Shown piece by piece: positions 30,000 to 39,966 of a stretch of DNA of 64,000 nucleotides. The translations under genes were made by a program, and so were the position numbers. The DNA lies in the NCBI GenBank assembly GCA_963751455.1, contig CAVVUN010000003.1, positions 288,001 to 352,000 on the forward strand, read 5' to 3'. Within the stretch, counting starts at the first letter, position 1. Each line of letters begins with the position of its first letter. Source of the DNA: Nitrospirota bacterium (GTDB taxonomy: Bacteria > Nitrospirota > UBA9217). The notes beneath the pieces were generated by a model. That model saw only the letters and a program-made list of their open reading frames with translations, searched no databases and was not told the origin of the DNA.

Positions 30000-31562
30000 T
30001 TGAAACGTCTGCTTGTTATAATGACATGGTTGCTGGTCGCTGCATTCGCATTGCTTGCGCGTGCAATAGATGCGGAATCAGTCGAGGAGCTGGGACTGTC
30101 CCGCCGCGACAGTACTACTCTTTCTGCTCCCGTCACTACGGATGAAGGCAGCTGCCCTCCTGGGCCCGATGCCGGCATTTGTACGGACACGGGCGAAAAA
30201 CAGGTTGCACCGTTGCCGCAAAACAGGACCTCTCCTGATCAGGCCCAAAAGCAGCTTAAACAGAACCAGCCTGAAGCCGTGCCCTCGCCGAGGGCTGGAA
30301 GGAAAGCGCCGAAAGAGCCCGGAGAGCACGGCAGCTTCACTGTCTATTTCTTCTATGGAGAGGGGTGCCGGCATTGTTCGGATGAAAAACCGTTTCTGGA
30401 TGGACTCAGCAAGCGCTTTCCCGGCATGGAGGTCAAATCCTATGAAGTATGGCATGATCGTACCAACGCGGCCTTGATGTCCGCTTTTGCGCGGGCCTAT
30501 GATGTCGAGGCAGCCGGCGTTCCGATGACCTTCATCGACCGGAATGCTTTTATCGGCTTCACCTCCGCAACCGGCCGCGAGCTGGCGTCCGCTGCAAGAC
30601 GCTGCAGCGCGGGTACCTGTGCAGATCCAGCAGCTCTTGCATCAGGAAAGGGTGCGCTTGAAGCGACGCCGCGGATAGATGGCGCCGGACCGGATACTGT
30701 TTCATCAGAGCTGCAGGCTAAGAGAGGTGCCGACACCGCCCTTGATCTCCCGTTTTTCGGCAGGGTGGATGCCGCTGGCCGGTCCCTGCCGTTTTTGACG
30801 GTCATGATTGCGGGGATGGACAGCTTCAATCCCTGCGCTTTCTTCGTGCTCCTGTCCCTGCTGGGGCTCATGATCCATGCGCGGTCGCGAAGACGCATGC
30901 TCCTGGTCGGCGGAACTTTTGTTTTCTTCTCGGGGTTCCTGTATTTTATTTTCATGGCCGCATGGCTGAACGTGTTCCTCGTAATGGGGCAGGTTTCCAT
31001 GATAACGACAGTGGCCGGCGTATTGTCCCTGATCATCGCGCTTATTAATATCAAGGATTTTTTTCTGTTTAAAAAGGGCGTCTCCCTCACCATTCCGGAG
31101 AGTGCAAAGCCGAAGCTCTTCGAGCGGATGCGTGGTCTGCTCAGGACTTCATCGCTGCCTGCCCTTGTTTTGGGCACGTCCATCCTTGCCATTGCCGCCA
31201 ATGCCTACGAACTTCTGTGCACAGCCGGCTTCCCGATGGTCTACACGCGCATTCTGACCCTGCACACGCTTCCGGCTGTTTCCTATTACCTCTTCCTGGT
31301 TCTTTATAATGTGGTGTATGTAGTCCCGCTTCTCGTGATCGTCGGTGTTTTTGCGGCGACGCTCGGAAGGAAGCAGCTGACGGAACAGCAGGGCCGAGTG
31401 CTCAAACTGCTCTCGGGCATCATGATGCTCAGCCTTGCGCTGGTGCTGCTGATCAAGCCGGAGCTGCTCAACAATGTGCTGATTTCGTCCGTGATCCTTG
31501 TCGGGTCTGTGGGTGTATCGATTGTTATTGCTTCCATTACCCGAAGATTACGGTTTCAATAA
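30000..31562 (+). CDS. thioredoxin/glutaredoxin domain fused to CcdA/DsbD-like membrane domain
   Basis: FFYGEGCRHC, GVPMTFI, DSFNPCAF, ELLCTAGFP; multiple TM helices; AAGGAG RBS. Confidence 0.85.
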   Translation: MKRLLVIMTWLLVAAFALLARAIDAESVEELGLSRRDSTTLSAPVTTDEGSCPPGPDAGICTDTGEKQVAPLPQNRTSPDQAQKQLKQNQPEAVPSPRAGRKAPKEPGEHGSFTVYFFYGEGCRHCSDEKPFLDGLSKRFPGMEVKSYEVWHDRTNAALMSAFARAYDVEAAGVPMTFIDRNAFIGFTSATGRELASAARRCSAGTCADPAALASGKGALEATPRIDGAGPDTVSSELQAKRGADTALDLPFFGRVDAAGRSLPFLTVMIAGMDSFNPCAFFVLLSLLGLMIHARSRRRMLLVGGTFVFFSGFLYFIFMAAWLNVFLVMGQVSMITTVAGVLSLIIALINIKDFFLFKKGVSLTIPESAKPKLFERMRGLLRTSSLPALVLGTSILAIAANAYELLCTAGFPMVYTRILTLHTLPAVSYYLFLVLYNVVYVVPLLVIVGVFAATLGRKQLTEQQGRVLKLLSGIMMLSLALVLLIKPELLNNVLISSVILVGSVGVSIVIASITRRLRFQ

Positions 31563-31736
31563 GGAGGATTTTGTTGGTCCAAATACTCGGGACAATATTT
31601 TTTTCAGATACAGACATGGAGCGCTTTGAAAAACGGGGGCTTTTTATAGACAAGGATGACGGGAAAAAGAGCTTTTGAACGCAGGTCAAGGCAAAAGGGC
31701 CGGACTACTATCACTATTGACCGGGCTTGACGTTTT

Positions 31737-31967
31737 TCATGCCTTCCGGCCTTTTCTGATCCTCCCGATTATGCTCTTTACTCTTGCGAGCAATGTCCGG
31801 GCCCATATGAATTCTGTAGCGAGAATGGCAAGACCGGCAAGTATTATGAGCAGGCCGGGTCCGGGCAGTGCAATCATAACGATGCCCATTAAAACAATGC
31901 CCATACCGATGATGCCGACCATCATGGGTTTCGCCTGCTTCAATGCTTTACTCATAAAATCGATCAT
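31737..31967 (-). CDS. PGPGW-domain small membrane protein
   Basis: LPGPGLLIILAGLAILATEFIWA. Confidence 0.8.
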   Translation of the reverse strand: MIDFMSKALKQAKPMMVGIIGMGIVLMGIVMIALPGPGLLIILAGLAILATEFIWARTLLARVKSIIGRIRKGRKA

Positions 31968-32069
31968 ACCCGGAATTCCTTTGCCCTTACGATACGGTTT
32001 TCTCTTAAACAGAATAAGTACAGGTGCCTTTATCGTTAATATAGCGCACAAATTGCACAAAGATCGCCC

Positions 32070-33372
32070 CGTTGCTTCATAATTAAATGTTACCGGAAGA
32101 TAGTAAGTTATGTGTTGGTTCGGTTTTACGTTTTAAAGATCTTTTTAAGCTTAACCTCCAAGGCTTTTCTCAGCTCAAAAGGGTTTAGCGTTTTATATTG
32201 TTCTTTGAGTTTGCGCTTTGTTTCCTCGGAGACGTCGGGAGACTCCAGGACTCTCCGGTAAGGGGTTTTGGGCTTATCATAGCGTTTCACGGTCTTTGAA
32301 GCAACTCGTTTCTTTTCCAGCAGCTTCACCGAAGGACAGAAGAAGTTCAGAAACAGCCTCCATTCGGAGGTATAAAGCTCATTCATGAGAGGAACAGCCT
32401 CCGGAGAGTCCAGGCGATCGTAGCCGAGCCATTGCCTCACATGGGTCCAGTTTTTCTGCTCGATATGGGCATTATCGTCCTTTTTATAGGCCCTGCTCCT
32501 GGTGAACTGAATCGGCCGTTTCCTCTCCGTCAGATAGCGAAGCAGGTGATGGTTTAAGAACTCACTGCCGTTGTCCGCGTCAAAACCCAGGATCGGGAAC
32601 GGCAGGGATTGTTCGATATCCTTGATCTGGTCGATGACATCCTTGATAGTTTTTGCCCCAGACGGCACGCTGTTCCGTCCAGCCGGTTGCGATGTCCACG
32701 CAGTCGACGGTATTGGCATACATGCCTTCTGTAGAGCTTCCGCAGTGGGCTACGGTATCGGCTTCCAGGAAGCCCGGCCGGGATTCATCCCATTGGTTGG
32801 TTTTCACCGGGATATGCCTTCTTAAGAGCGTTCCCGGCTTGGTGGTGGCCCTGCCGTGCTTGGTATACTCTGCGCGGACCGGGTTTAGTATCCGGTCGAT
32901 GCTCGACGGAGATATTCTGAGCAAGGCCGCTGCCGTCTCCTGCGAGATGGGGCCATAGGTCTTGATATATCCCGGCAGCCATTCCGGGATGATGGCCTTA
33001 AGGCGCTTTGAGCATGGCAGATTTGCCGTCTTCCAGATGCGCTTTAAGGGTATCAGGAGCGTCTCAGTGTCATATACCGGCTTTCTGCCTCGTTTTGCCG
33101 GAGTCTTTTGAGTAAATCGCCGGAAGGTCCGCAGAAGCCTGAGCGCATGCTTTCGGTGATACCCGCAGGTTGAACAGAACTCGTTCAGGATCGCTGTTTT
33201 TATCTTCCGGGAGGCGGCCCGGTACCGTTTAACGATTGCAGCCAGATACTCCCGTTTTGATCGTGGACTCATCAGAACTAACCCTCCTTTTGGGGGTATA
33301 GTTCCGGTAACATGCATTATGAGTCAACGATACTTTTCAAAATGCGGTTGGGTAACATTTATTGTGAGTCAA
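32070..33372 (-). mobile_element. insertion sequence with integrase-core transposase (IS481/ISNCY-like)
   Basis: GGTAACA-N7-TGA(G/A)..CAA repeats: inverted at 32070-32099, direct at 33302-33329 and 33351-33372. Confidence 0.7.
32126..33272 (-). pseudogene. DDE transposase, frameshifted
   Basis: GFLEADTVAHCG in one frame, FDADNGSEF...DNAHIEQKN in the next; one extra base near 32640-32655. Confidence 0.85.
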
Positions 33373-33528
33373 TTCGTCGCCGCCAAGCCGTTTGACAGAG
33401 AAACTGAGTACTTTAATAGCGGAGTGGAATCAATACAATAATCCTCTTTGGTGACTTTCCGATGCCGGCAGATCTCTCCCTGTATCTCCATCTTGTATCA
33501 TTGACTTTCATAATACGCTTCGATTATC

Positions 33529-33861
33529 GTGACTCTTCAAAAAAAAGATAAAAATAAACCAGGCTGCTGGTTGCTGTATATTCTGAGATGCAAGGACGGC
33601 ACGCTCTACACCGGCATCACGAATAACCTCGAGCGCCGCGTCAGTCAGCATAATAAAGGTACTGCCTCACGCTATACTCGAAGCCGGCTTCCCGCGAGGC
33701 TCGTATACCGCGAGCGCTGCAGGGACAGGTCCAGCGCCTTGAAAAAGGAATGCAGGATGAAGGCGCTGGCCAGGAAAGACAAAGAAGAATATATTAAAGC
33801 CAGGCAGAGCAGAAGCACGGCAGCCGCAAAAATGCGCGCGGTCCTCAAAGGAAGCCGATAA
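33529..33861 (+). CDS. GIY-YIG nuclease (UPF0213)
   Basis: LYILRCKDGTLYTGITNNLERR..HNKG.ASRYTR. Confidence 0.9.
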   Translation: MTLQKKDKNKPGCWLLYILRCKDGTLYTGITNNLERRVSQHNKGTASRYTRSRLPARLVYRERCRDRSSALKKECRMKALARKDKEEYIKARQSRSTAAAKMRAVLKGSR

Positions 33862-33877
33862 TTAATCGATTTTCTCT

Positions 33878-35020
33878 ATGAATAGTTTATCGCTGGAATC
33901 ATATCGTAAAGAGTTTCCTGTAACGGACAGGTATATATACCTGGACCACTCCGGTATTGCTCCGATGTGCTTAAGAGTAAGGCGGGCAATCGAAAAATTC
34001 CTGCTTGAATCAGCTGAAGGCGGCGCGTTTCATTATCCAGGCTGGCTGCAGAGGATCGCCGAGGTCAGGAAATCCTGCGCATGCCTGATCAATGCGGCTC
34101 CGGAAGAGCTTGCCTTTGTAAAGAGCACCTCGCATGGTCTTTCCATCGTTGCAGAAGGCCTTGACTGGAAGCCCGGGGACAACCTTCTTATTTATGAAAA
34201 AGAATTCCCATCCAATATATTCCCCTGGCTGAACCTGAGAAGAAAAGGTGTGGAGATAAAAACCATTCCTTCCCGCGACGGCAGAGTCGTGACGGAAGAC
34301 ATAGCGGATCTCATGACCTCCCGGACCCGGCTTCTGGCCGTGAGCTCTGTCCAGTTCTCGAACGGTTTCAGGATCGATCTGAAGAAAACAGGGGAGCTTT
34401 GCCGCCGGAAGAAAGTCCTGTTCTGTGTCGACGCTATCCAGAGCCTTGGCGTTATTCCCATGGACGTAAAAGAATATAACATCGACTTTCTTTCGGCCGA
34501 CGGTCATAAATGGCTGCTCGGACCCGAAGGCATCGGCATCTTCTATTGCAGACAAGAACTTGCCGAACAGCTCAATCCGCCGCTTGTCGGCTGGAAAAGT
34601 GTCAAGAACGATCTCTCATTCGATATGCCGGATTTTTGCCTTAAAACAAATGCGCTTCGGTTTGAAGAAGGATCGATGAACGTTATGGGCATTTTCGGGC
34701 TGGGGGCAGCTGTTGATCTTCTGCTTGAAGTTGGAATTGAGAATATTGAAGAGCGCGTTTTCGGCCTGGGTGATTTCATTATTAAGGAAGCCGAAAAGAG
34801 GGGCTTTACGATATTGACGCCGAAAAAGAAGGCGGCGCGTGGAGGCAATATTACATTTACGGGTAATTTCGACGCGGCCGGTGTCAGAGAAAAATTGCTG
34901 AACAACGGGATAATGGTGAATGTTCGGGGCGGCGGTCTTCGCGTGTCGCCGCATTTCTATAATAATCAAGAAGAGCTCGAACGCTTTTTTGCAGTGCTTG
35001 ACAAGGTCACGAAACGCTAG
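33878..35020 (+). CDS. class V PLP-dependent aminotransferase (cysteine desulfurase-like)
   Basis: YLDHSG, VDAIQSLG, DGHKWLLGPEG, LRVSPHFYN. Confidence 0.9.
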   Translation: MNSLSLESYRKEFPVTDRYIYLDHSGIAPMCLRVRRAIEKFLLESAEGGAFHYPGWLQRIAEVRKSCACLINAAPEELAFVKSTSHGLSIVAEGLDWKPGDNLLIYEKEFPSNIFPWLNLRRKGVEIKTIPSRDGRVVTEDIADLMTSRTRLLAVSSVQFSNGFRIDLKKTGELCRRKKVLFCVDAIQSLGVIPMDVKEYNIDFLSADGHKWLLGPEGIGIFYCRQELAEQLNPPLVGWKSVKNDLSFDMPDFCLKTNALRFEEGSMNVMGIFGLGAAVDLLLEVGIENIEERVFGLGDFIIKEAEKRGFTILTPKKKAARGGNITFTGNFDAAGVREKLLNNGIMVNVRGGGLRVSPHFYNNQEELERFFAVLDKVTKR

Positions 35021-35289
35021 CCAAAAGAACTAAGCGCTTCTCCCTTCACGGTCCATCCTGCGTACGCTGATCTGTTGCATCCTTGTCATTGCGTTGTCTT
35101 CAACATCTCCTTGACATTACTCGTCTGTCTGTGTAAAAATTTAACCGGTAATGTGATAATCATCGTTCGGCACTGAAAAACCGCACTGCAAAGCAGTCAG
35201 CTGCGGGAAAGCACGCTCCGGAACGTCAAAGCGGATAGTCATGTAAACCGTTCATCAGCATGTTCGACGGAATAATTCGAACATCTTTC

Positions 35290-35311
35290 TATTTCAACAA
35301 TTATTGAAATA
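35290..35311. promoter_or_regulatory. palindromic operator 1 (probable ArsR site)
   Basis: TATTTCAACAATTATTGAAATA upstream of the ArsR gene. Confidence 0.7.
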
Positions 35312-35337
35312 CGAAAAAAGCTTGCATGGAGGGGGCA

Positions 35338-35658
35338 ATGATGCAGCTGACGAAACAAACAATGCCGGAAACAATGTATCGGGCATCAAGATGCTGCAGG
35401 GTTCTCGGAAACCCTACGGCATACCTCGTTGTGCGGTCACTTGGGGCCAAGCGGAAGACGCCTGGAGAGCTGAGCCAGAGTTTACACGTTCCGGTCACTA
35501 CCATTTCAATGACGCTGCGTCACTTGCGGCAGGTGGACCTGGTAAGATATGAGGCCAGGGGAAATACAAAGCACTATTGGCTCAAGAACAGGAATGTCCT
35601 GGACATACTCAATTCATTCGAGAACTGGGTTGAAACTATGCGAAGCTGCCAGTCCTGA
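35338..35658 (+). CDS. ArsR/SmtB family transcriptional regulator
   Basis: RVLGNPT...TPGELS...ISMTLRHLRQVDLV winged HTH. Confidence 0.85.
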   Translation: MMQLTKQTMPETMYRASRCCRVLGNPTAYLVVRSLGAKRKTPGELSQSLHVPVTTISMTLRHLRQVDLVRYEARGNTKHYWLKNRNVLDILNSFENWVETMRSCQS

Positions 35659-35666
35659 CAATTTCC

Positions 35667-35690
35667 GTATTTCAACAATTGTTGAAATAC
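35667..35690. promoter_or_regulatory. palindromic operator 2 (probable ArsR site)
   Basis: Perfect 24-bp palindrome GTATTTCAACAATTGTTGAAATAC upstream of the hydrolase. Confidence 0.75.
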
Positions 35691-35755
35691 TGTTTGTTCG
35701 GCAACTCAATAAAAAAAAATCCGAGGCGGAAAGTGTATTTCTTCGAAAAATATAT

Positions 35756-36724
35756 ATGCGAAAAACAGTCGTTGCGATAATGGCATTTGCCCTTTTTGAA
35801 ATCAGCATGGGCTGCACTAAGACCATTCCCGAAACTTCTGACGAACAATGCCCACGGATGGTCAAGGCAAATGGCGTTGAGATCTGTACCCAGAGCTTTG
35901 GAAACGAAAAGGACCCCGCCATTCTTCTGATCATGGGAGCCACTGCGTCGATGCTGAGCTGGGAAGACGATTTTTGCCGGCAGCTTGCCAACGGAGGCAG
36001 GTATGTGATCCGATATGACAACCGCGACACAGGCCGCTCGATAACCTATCCTGCAGGTAAACCTGAGTACAGCCTGAACGACCTGGTAAAAGACGCAGTC
36101 GGCGTGCTCGACGCCTATCGGATAGACCGTGCACATATTGCCGGCGCATCCATGGGCGGGATGATTGCCCAACTTCTCGGAATTAATCATCCTGGCCGCG
36201 TTCTCAGTCTGACACTCATCATGTCGAGCCCTCACGGTCCCGAAGATCCGGACCTTCCTCCGATGTCCGAAAAGGTCCTGACTCATTTCCAGTCCGGGGG
36301 TTCCGTTGACTGGTCCAATGAAGCTGCGGTCATCGACTCCAGAGTAGCGACAATGCGCGTGCTTGGCGGTTCCGAGCGTACTTTTGATGAGCAGCGGGCG
36401 CGCCGTCTCGTAAGGAGAGAAACGAAACGGGCCATCAACCTTGCCAGTATGAACAATCACGCGTTGATGACGAGCGAGAGGTGGCGTGAGCGGCTTGGAA
36501 AGATTAAAGCACGGACGCTGGTGATCCATGGAACGGACGACCCGGTGCTTCCGTACGGGCATGGAAAAGCCCTTTCGAAGGAAATCCCTGGCGCGTCACT
36601 GTTGACGCTTGAAGGAGGCGGCCACGAACTGCACCCCGATGACTGTGAAACCATTATTAGGACAATGCTTCGGCACACATCAGTGGAGCCCCCACCGGCA
36701 GGAGCCGGTGGCTCCCTCAAATAA
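35756..36724 (+). CDS. alpha/beta hydrolase (RdmC/EstT/EstX-like esterase), possible lipoprotein
   Basis: RYDNRDTGRS, GASMGG nucleophile elbow, HGTDDP, GGGH; SMGC lipobox-like; last residues come from the repeat. Confidence 0.85.
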   Translation: MRKTVVAIMAFALFEISMGCTKTIPETSDEQCPRMVKANGVEICTQSFGNEKDPAILLIMGATASMLSWEDDFCRQLANGGRYVIRYDNRDTGRSITYPAGKPEYSLNDLVKDAVGVLDAYRIDRAHIAGASMGGMIAQLLGINHPGRVLSLTLIMSSPHGPEDPDLPPMSEKVLTHFQSGGSVDWSNEAAVIDSRVATMRVLGGSERTFDEQRARRLVRRETKRAINLASMNNHALMTSERWRERLGKIKARTLVIHGTDDPVLPYGHGKALSKEIPGASLLTLEGGGHELHPDDCETIIRTMLRHTSVEPPPAGAGGSLK

Positions 36725-36876
36725 CGCGACCTCCCGCCTGCACCAAGCGTTTACGAGTGCGCTTAGCGCGAGTGCATGGCGGAACTGCGAACTCGCGACC
36801 GCGAGGCTCATCAGGCCTCGCGCGAGTGAGCGCTTTCCACCCCCGGCGGGAGCCGGGGGATGCCAAGGCGCGGGAT
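36683..36876 (+). repeat. structured multi-hairpin repeat, copy 2
   Basis: Homologous to 18862..19054; overlaps the hydrolase stop codon. Confidence 0.9.
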
Positions 36877-37071
36877 AACGCTTGCCGCTCTGCCTCCTGC
36901 TCGTTCGTTTCATGTTTCGGTTTCGTCCTTGACATTCTTCCCCGGTATATGCAACAATTTCATAGTTTAAGCTGAATATTTAGATAATCAGCAACTGTTC
37001 AATATGTCCTTATTACCGCTTGTCCGTGGATAATTTCGACATTTTTTAATTTTTTTCCTGGGGAGGGTCTT

Positions 37072-38310
37072 ATGCAGCAGAAGGCAATTTCTGTCAGACA
37101 GGTTTTAAGCCTGCCGGTCATTGTTGCGGCTCTCGGCTATTTCGTCGACATCTATGACCTCGTGCTCTTCAGCATCGTCCGTGTTCCGAGCCTCAAGTCG
37201 TTCGCGCTTTCCGGGCAGCAGCTTACTGATTATGGTGTATATCTTCTGAACATGCAGATGGCGGGCATGCTCGTCGGCGGAATCATCTGGGGTATTCTCG
37301 GCGACCGGAAGGGACGTCTCAAGATCATGTTCGGCTCGATCTTCCTCTACTCGGCTGCAAACTTCGCAAACGGAATGGTGACGTCTCTTGAGGCGTATGC
37401 CTGGCTGCGCTTCATCGCCGGCATCGGGCTCGCGGGTGAGCTGGGCGCCGGTGTCACTCTTGTCTCCGAGGTGCTGCACACGAGCATCCGGGGTTACGGC
37501 ACGATGCTCGTCGCTTCCGTTGGGGTGTCGGGCGCAATCCTGGCAAACATGATCGCAAGCACCTATGACTGGAGGACCGCTTTCATGATCGGCGGCGTAC
37601 TCGGACTCCTGCTGCTCGTTGCCAGGATCAGCGTTTCCGAATCCGGTATGTTCCGGACCATGGAGGGAAAGACTGCGCTCGCGCGGGGCAATTTCCTTGC
37701 GCTTTTTACGGAGCGGAAACGCTTTTTCCGCTATCTCAACTCAATCATGATCGGCGTTCCGATCTGGTTTCTAGTGGCGATTCCGATCACGTTCTCTCCG
37801 GAGTTCGCAAAGGCGCTCGGTACCACCGGTCCCGTAACGGCCGGGAACGCGGTCATGTTCTGCTACCTGGGCCTGGTATTCGGCGACTTGTCCAGCGGGC
37901 TGCTCAGCCAGGCATTGAAGAGCAGAAAAAAAGTAATCCTTCTTTTCATGCTGCTGACCGTTGCCTCTATCGCGCTCTACTTCCTGCAGGGAGCTCAGAC
38001 GCCCGGCTTCTTCTACGGTGTCTGCCTTGTGCTTGGATTCGCGGGCGGATATTGGGCCATATTTGTAACCGTTGCCGCGGAACAGTTCGGCACGAACCTT
38101 CGCGCTACCGTTGCCACGACGGTACCCAACTTTGTACGGGGCATAGTGGTCCCGATCACGCTTCTCTTCCAGTTCTTCCGGCAGTACTTCGGGCTCGAAG
38201 GCGGCGCTCTCATCGTTGGAACGCTCTGCCTGGTTGCGGGGTTCCTTGCCCTGTCTTCGCTTGAAGAGACCTTCCACAAGAACCTGGATTACTACGAAGA
38301 ATTTCTATAG
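37072..38310 (+). CDS. MFS transporter
   Basis: GILGDRKGR, RFIAGIGLAGE, EQFGTNLRAT; about 12 TM helices. Confidence 0.92.
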   Translation: MQQKAISVRQVLSLPVIVAALGYFVDIYDLVLFSIVRVPSLKSFALSGQQLTDYGVYLLNMQMAGMLVGGIIWGILGDRKGRLKIMFGSIFLYSAANFANGMVTSLEAYAWLRFIAGIGLAGELGAGVTLVSEVLHTSIRGYGTMLVASVGVSGAILANMIASTYDWRTAFMIGGVLGLLLLVARISVSESGMFRTMEGKTALARGNFLALFTERKRFFRYLNSIMIGVPIWFLVAIPITFSPEFAKALGTTGPVTAGNAVMFCYLGLVFGDLSSGLLSQALKSRKKVILLFMLLTVASIALYFLQGAQTPGFFYGVCLVLGFAGGYWAIFVTVAAEQFGTNLRATVATTVPNFVRGIVVPITLLFQFFRQYFGLEGGALIVGTLCLVAGFLALSSLEETFHKNLDYYEEFL

Positions 38311-38379
38311 ACACAAGGCGGGCGGAGAGGTACTTTAAAAAGGTGCGATAACAGAAGCTGCTTTTAAAAAAGGAGAACT

Positions 38380-39024
38380 GTGTTGCTGCCGAATCCTCCA
38401 ATCGTCATAACAATGTTTTTTGCTTTTCTCGGCCTGATCTTTCTTATCATCGCCATTGCGGCCCTGAAGAAAAGAAAAATGTTCGGCACCGCAATGAGTT
38501 TCATGCTGGCGTTGCTGATGCTCTCCTTGTTCGCCCTTTTCGGTACCGTAAGTATTGCCATCCAGGGGTATAACGCCTTGACCAGGGAGGAGCTCGCTGC
38601 AAGGGTGAACGTCGAACCAATAGGAGAGCAGGCGTTCATGGCCAGGTTTTCCATGCCGGATGGCAGCGAAAAAACCTTCTCGCTTGCCGGTGATCAGCTT
38701 TACATTGACGCCCACATTCTCAAATGGAAGCCGTGGGCAAACATATTCGGGATGCACACCTCCTATGAGCTCGATCGTGTTGCAGGCCGCTATGCAATGC
38801 TCCGTGATGAAACAACAAAGGTCCATACAGTGTATACGTTGTCAAAAGAGAAATCCCTGGACATGTTCGATCTGCGGCGCAGGTTTCAGATTCTTAATCC
38901 CCTGCTTGATGCTGAATATGGGTCCGCCACATTCATCAATTCGAACAGCAAGGAGGAATTCAGGGTATTGGTTTCAACCACAGGACTGCTGATTCGCAAG
39001 TCGGAACCTGTGACGGCTCCATAG
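38380..39024 (+). CDS. membrane-anchored hypothetical protein
   Basis: Two N-terminal TMs; GDQLYIDAHILKW and DAEYGSATF; AAGGAG RBS. Confidence 0.8.
   Translation: MLLPNPPIVITMFFAFLGLIFLIIAIAALKKRKMFGTAMSFMLALLMLSLFALFGTVSIAIQGYNALTREELAARVNVEPIGEQAFMARFSMPDGSEKTFSLAGDQLYIDAHILKWKPWANIFGMHTSYELDRVAGRYAMLRDETTKVHTVYTLSKEKSLDMFDLRRRFQILNPLLDAEYGSATFINSNSKEEFRVLVSTTGLLIRKSEPVTAP
38855..39019 (+). repeat. about 165-bp direct repeat, copy A (3' end of the 38380 gene)
   Basis: Near-identical to 39802..39966. Confidence 0.9.
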
Positions 39025-39224
39025 TTACAGTGGAATGGCTGTTTTATTTGCCGTTTGGCAACAGGGGCAGGCTGCGGATGATTACAACGAAGCTTGGGGT
39101 GTCCCGGTGAGTTTCAATTAAACAATCGGTGGGGAAAAAAACAAAGACGGGCGCTGAAGAACCGCGCCCCCCCTTCACGACTTTGTTCCAGTTGGTGATG
39201 ATATCGCTGAACGGGATGCAGACG

Positions 39225-39527
39225 CTATTGCTTGGTGCGACGAGAATCGAGCCACCGTTTGAGCGATTGCGGGTTCTCTCCGCTTGGCCGCCCTGCCAAT
39301 AAGCCCTCAAGCCCGATGTGTTCGTCTATGTCGGGCCATTCAATAGCGTAACCATCGCCTAACAATTGCCAGCGCATCCGCTCTTCCTGTGAAGCATTGA
39401 GCAGGCGAGGATACCAGGCTAAAGGAACGCTGATACGACGACCATCAGTGAGATATACTGTCAAGTCATCATCTGTCACGGACACTTTTACAGCAGTAGG
39501 TTCTACATCAAGCACCAAAGTACTCAT
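39225..39527 (-). CDS. DUF2442 protein (putative antitoxin)
   Basis: LTDGRRISVPLAWYPRL...IEWPDIDEHIGLEGLL. Confidence 0.85.
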   Translation of the reverse strand: MSTLVLDVEPTAVKVSVTDDDLTVYLTDGRRISVPLAWYPRLLNASQEERMRWQLLGDGYAIEWPDIDEHIGLEGLLAGRPSGENPQSLKRWLDSRRTKQ

Positions 39528-39744
39528 GCCACGCCTCCAAAAGGGCCGGTGCATGCTTTGCCACAAGACGAGCAATGTGGTTCAACTCATGTCCTTGAAA
39601 GCCCCGGTTTTTTGCAAGTGCGACCGGATCAAGCCAAAACTTGGCGATTAGACGTTCTCGTTTTACATGAATATGAGGAGGTTCCCCTTTGTCAGAACTG
39701 AAAAAGACGAAACGATAGGGGCCATCCTCAAGCACGGTCGGCAT
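39508..39744 (-). CDS. DUF4160 protein (putative toxin)
   Basis: GPYRFVFFSSDKGEPPHIHV...AKFWL...AWHEYFG; overlaps DUF2442. Confidence 0.85.
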   Translation of the reverse strand: MPTVLEDGPYRFVFFSSDKGEPPHIHVKRERLIAKFWLDPVALAKNRGFQGHELNHIARLVAKHAPALLEAWHEYFGA

Positions 39745-39801
39745 AGATAATAATAGCAAAACCAGCCGACGGTTTCAACGTATTTTACCAGAAAGTCAAG
39801 G

Positions 39802-39966
39802 CCCTGGACATGTTCGATCTGCGGCGCAGGTTTCAGATTCTTAATCCCCTGCTTGATGCTGAATATGGGTCCGCCACATTCATCAATTCGAACAGCAGGG
39901 AAGAATTCAGGGTATTGGTTTCCACCACAGGACTGCTGATTCGCAAGTCGGAACCTGTGACAGCTC
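39802..39966 (+). repeat. about 165-bp direct repeat, copy B
   Basis: Duplicate of 38855..39019, followed by its own stop codon. Confidence 0.9.

Noticed and set aside
35160-35260. Possible c-di-GMP riboswitch (GCAAA/GAAA motifs)
   Set aside because: Stem order and conserved nucleotides do not fit GEMM
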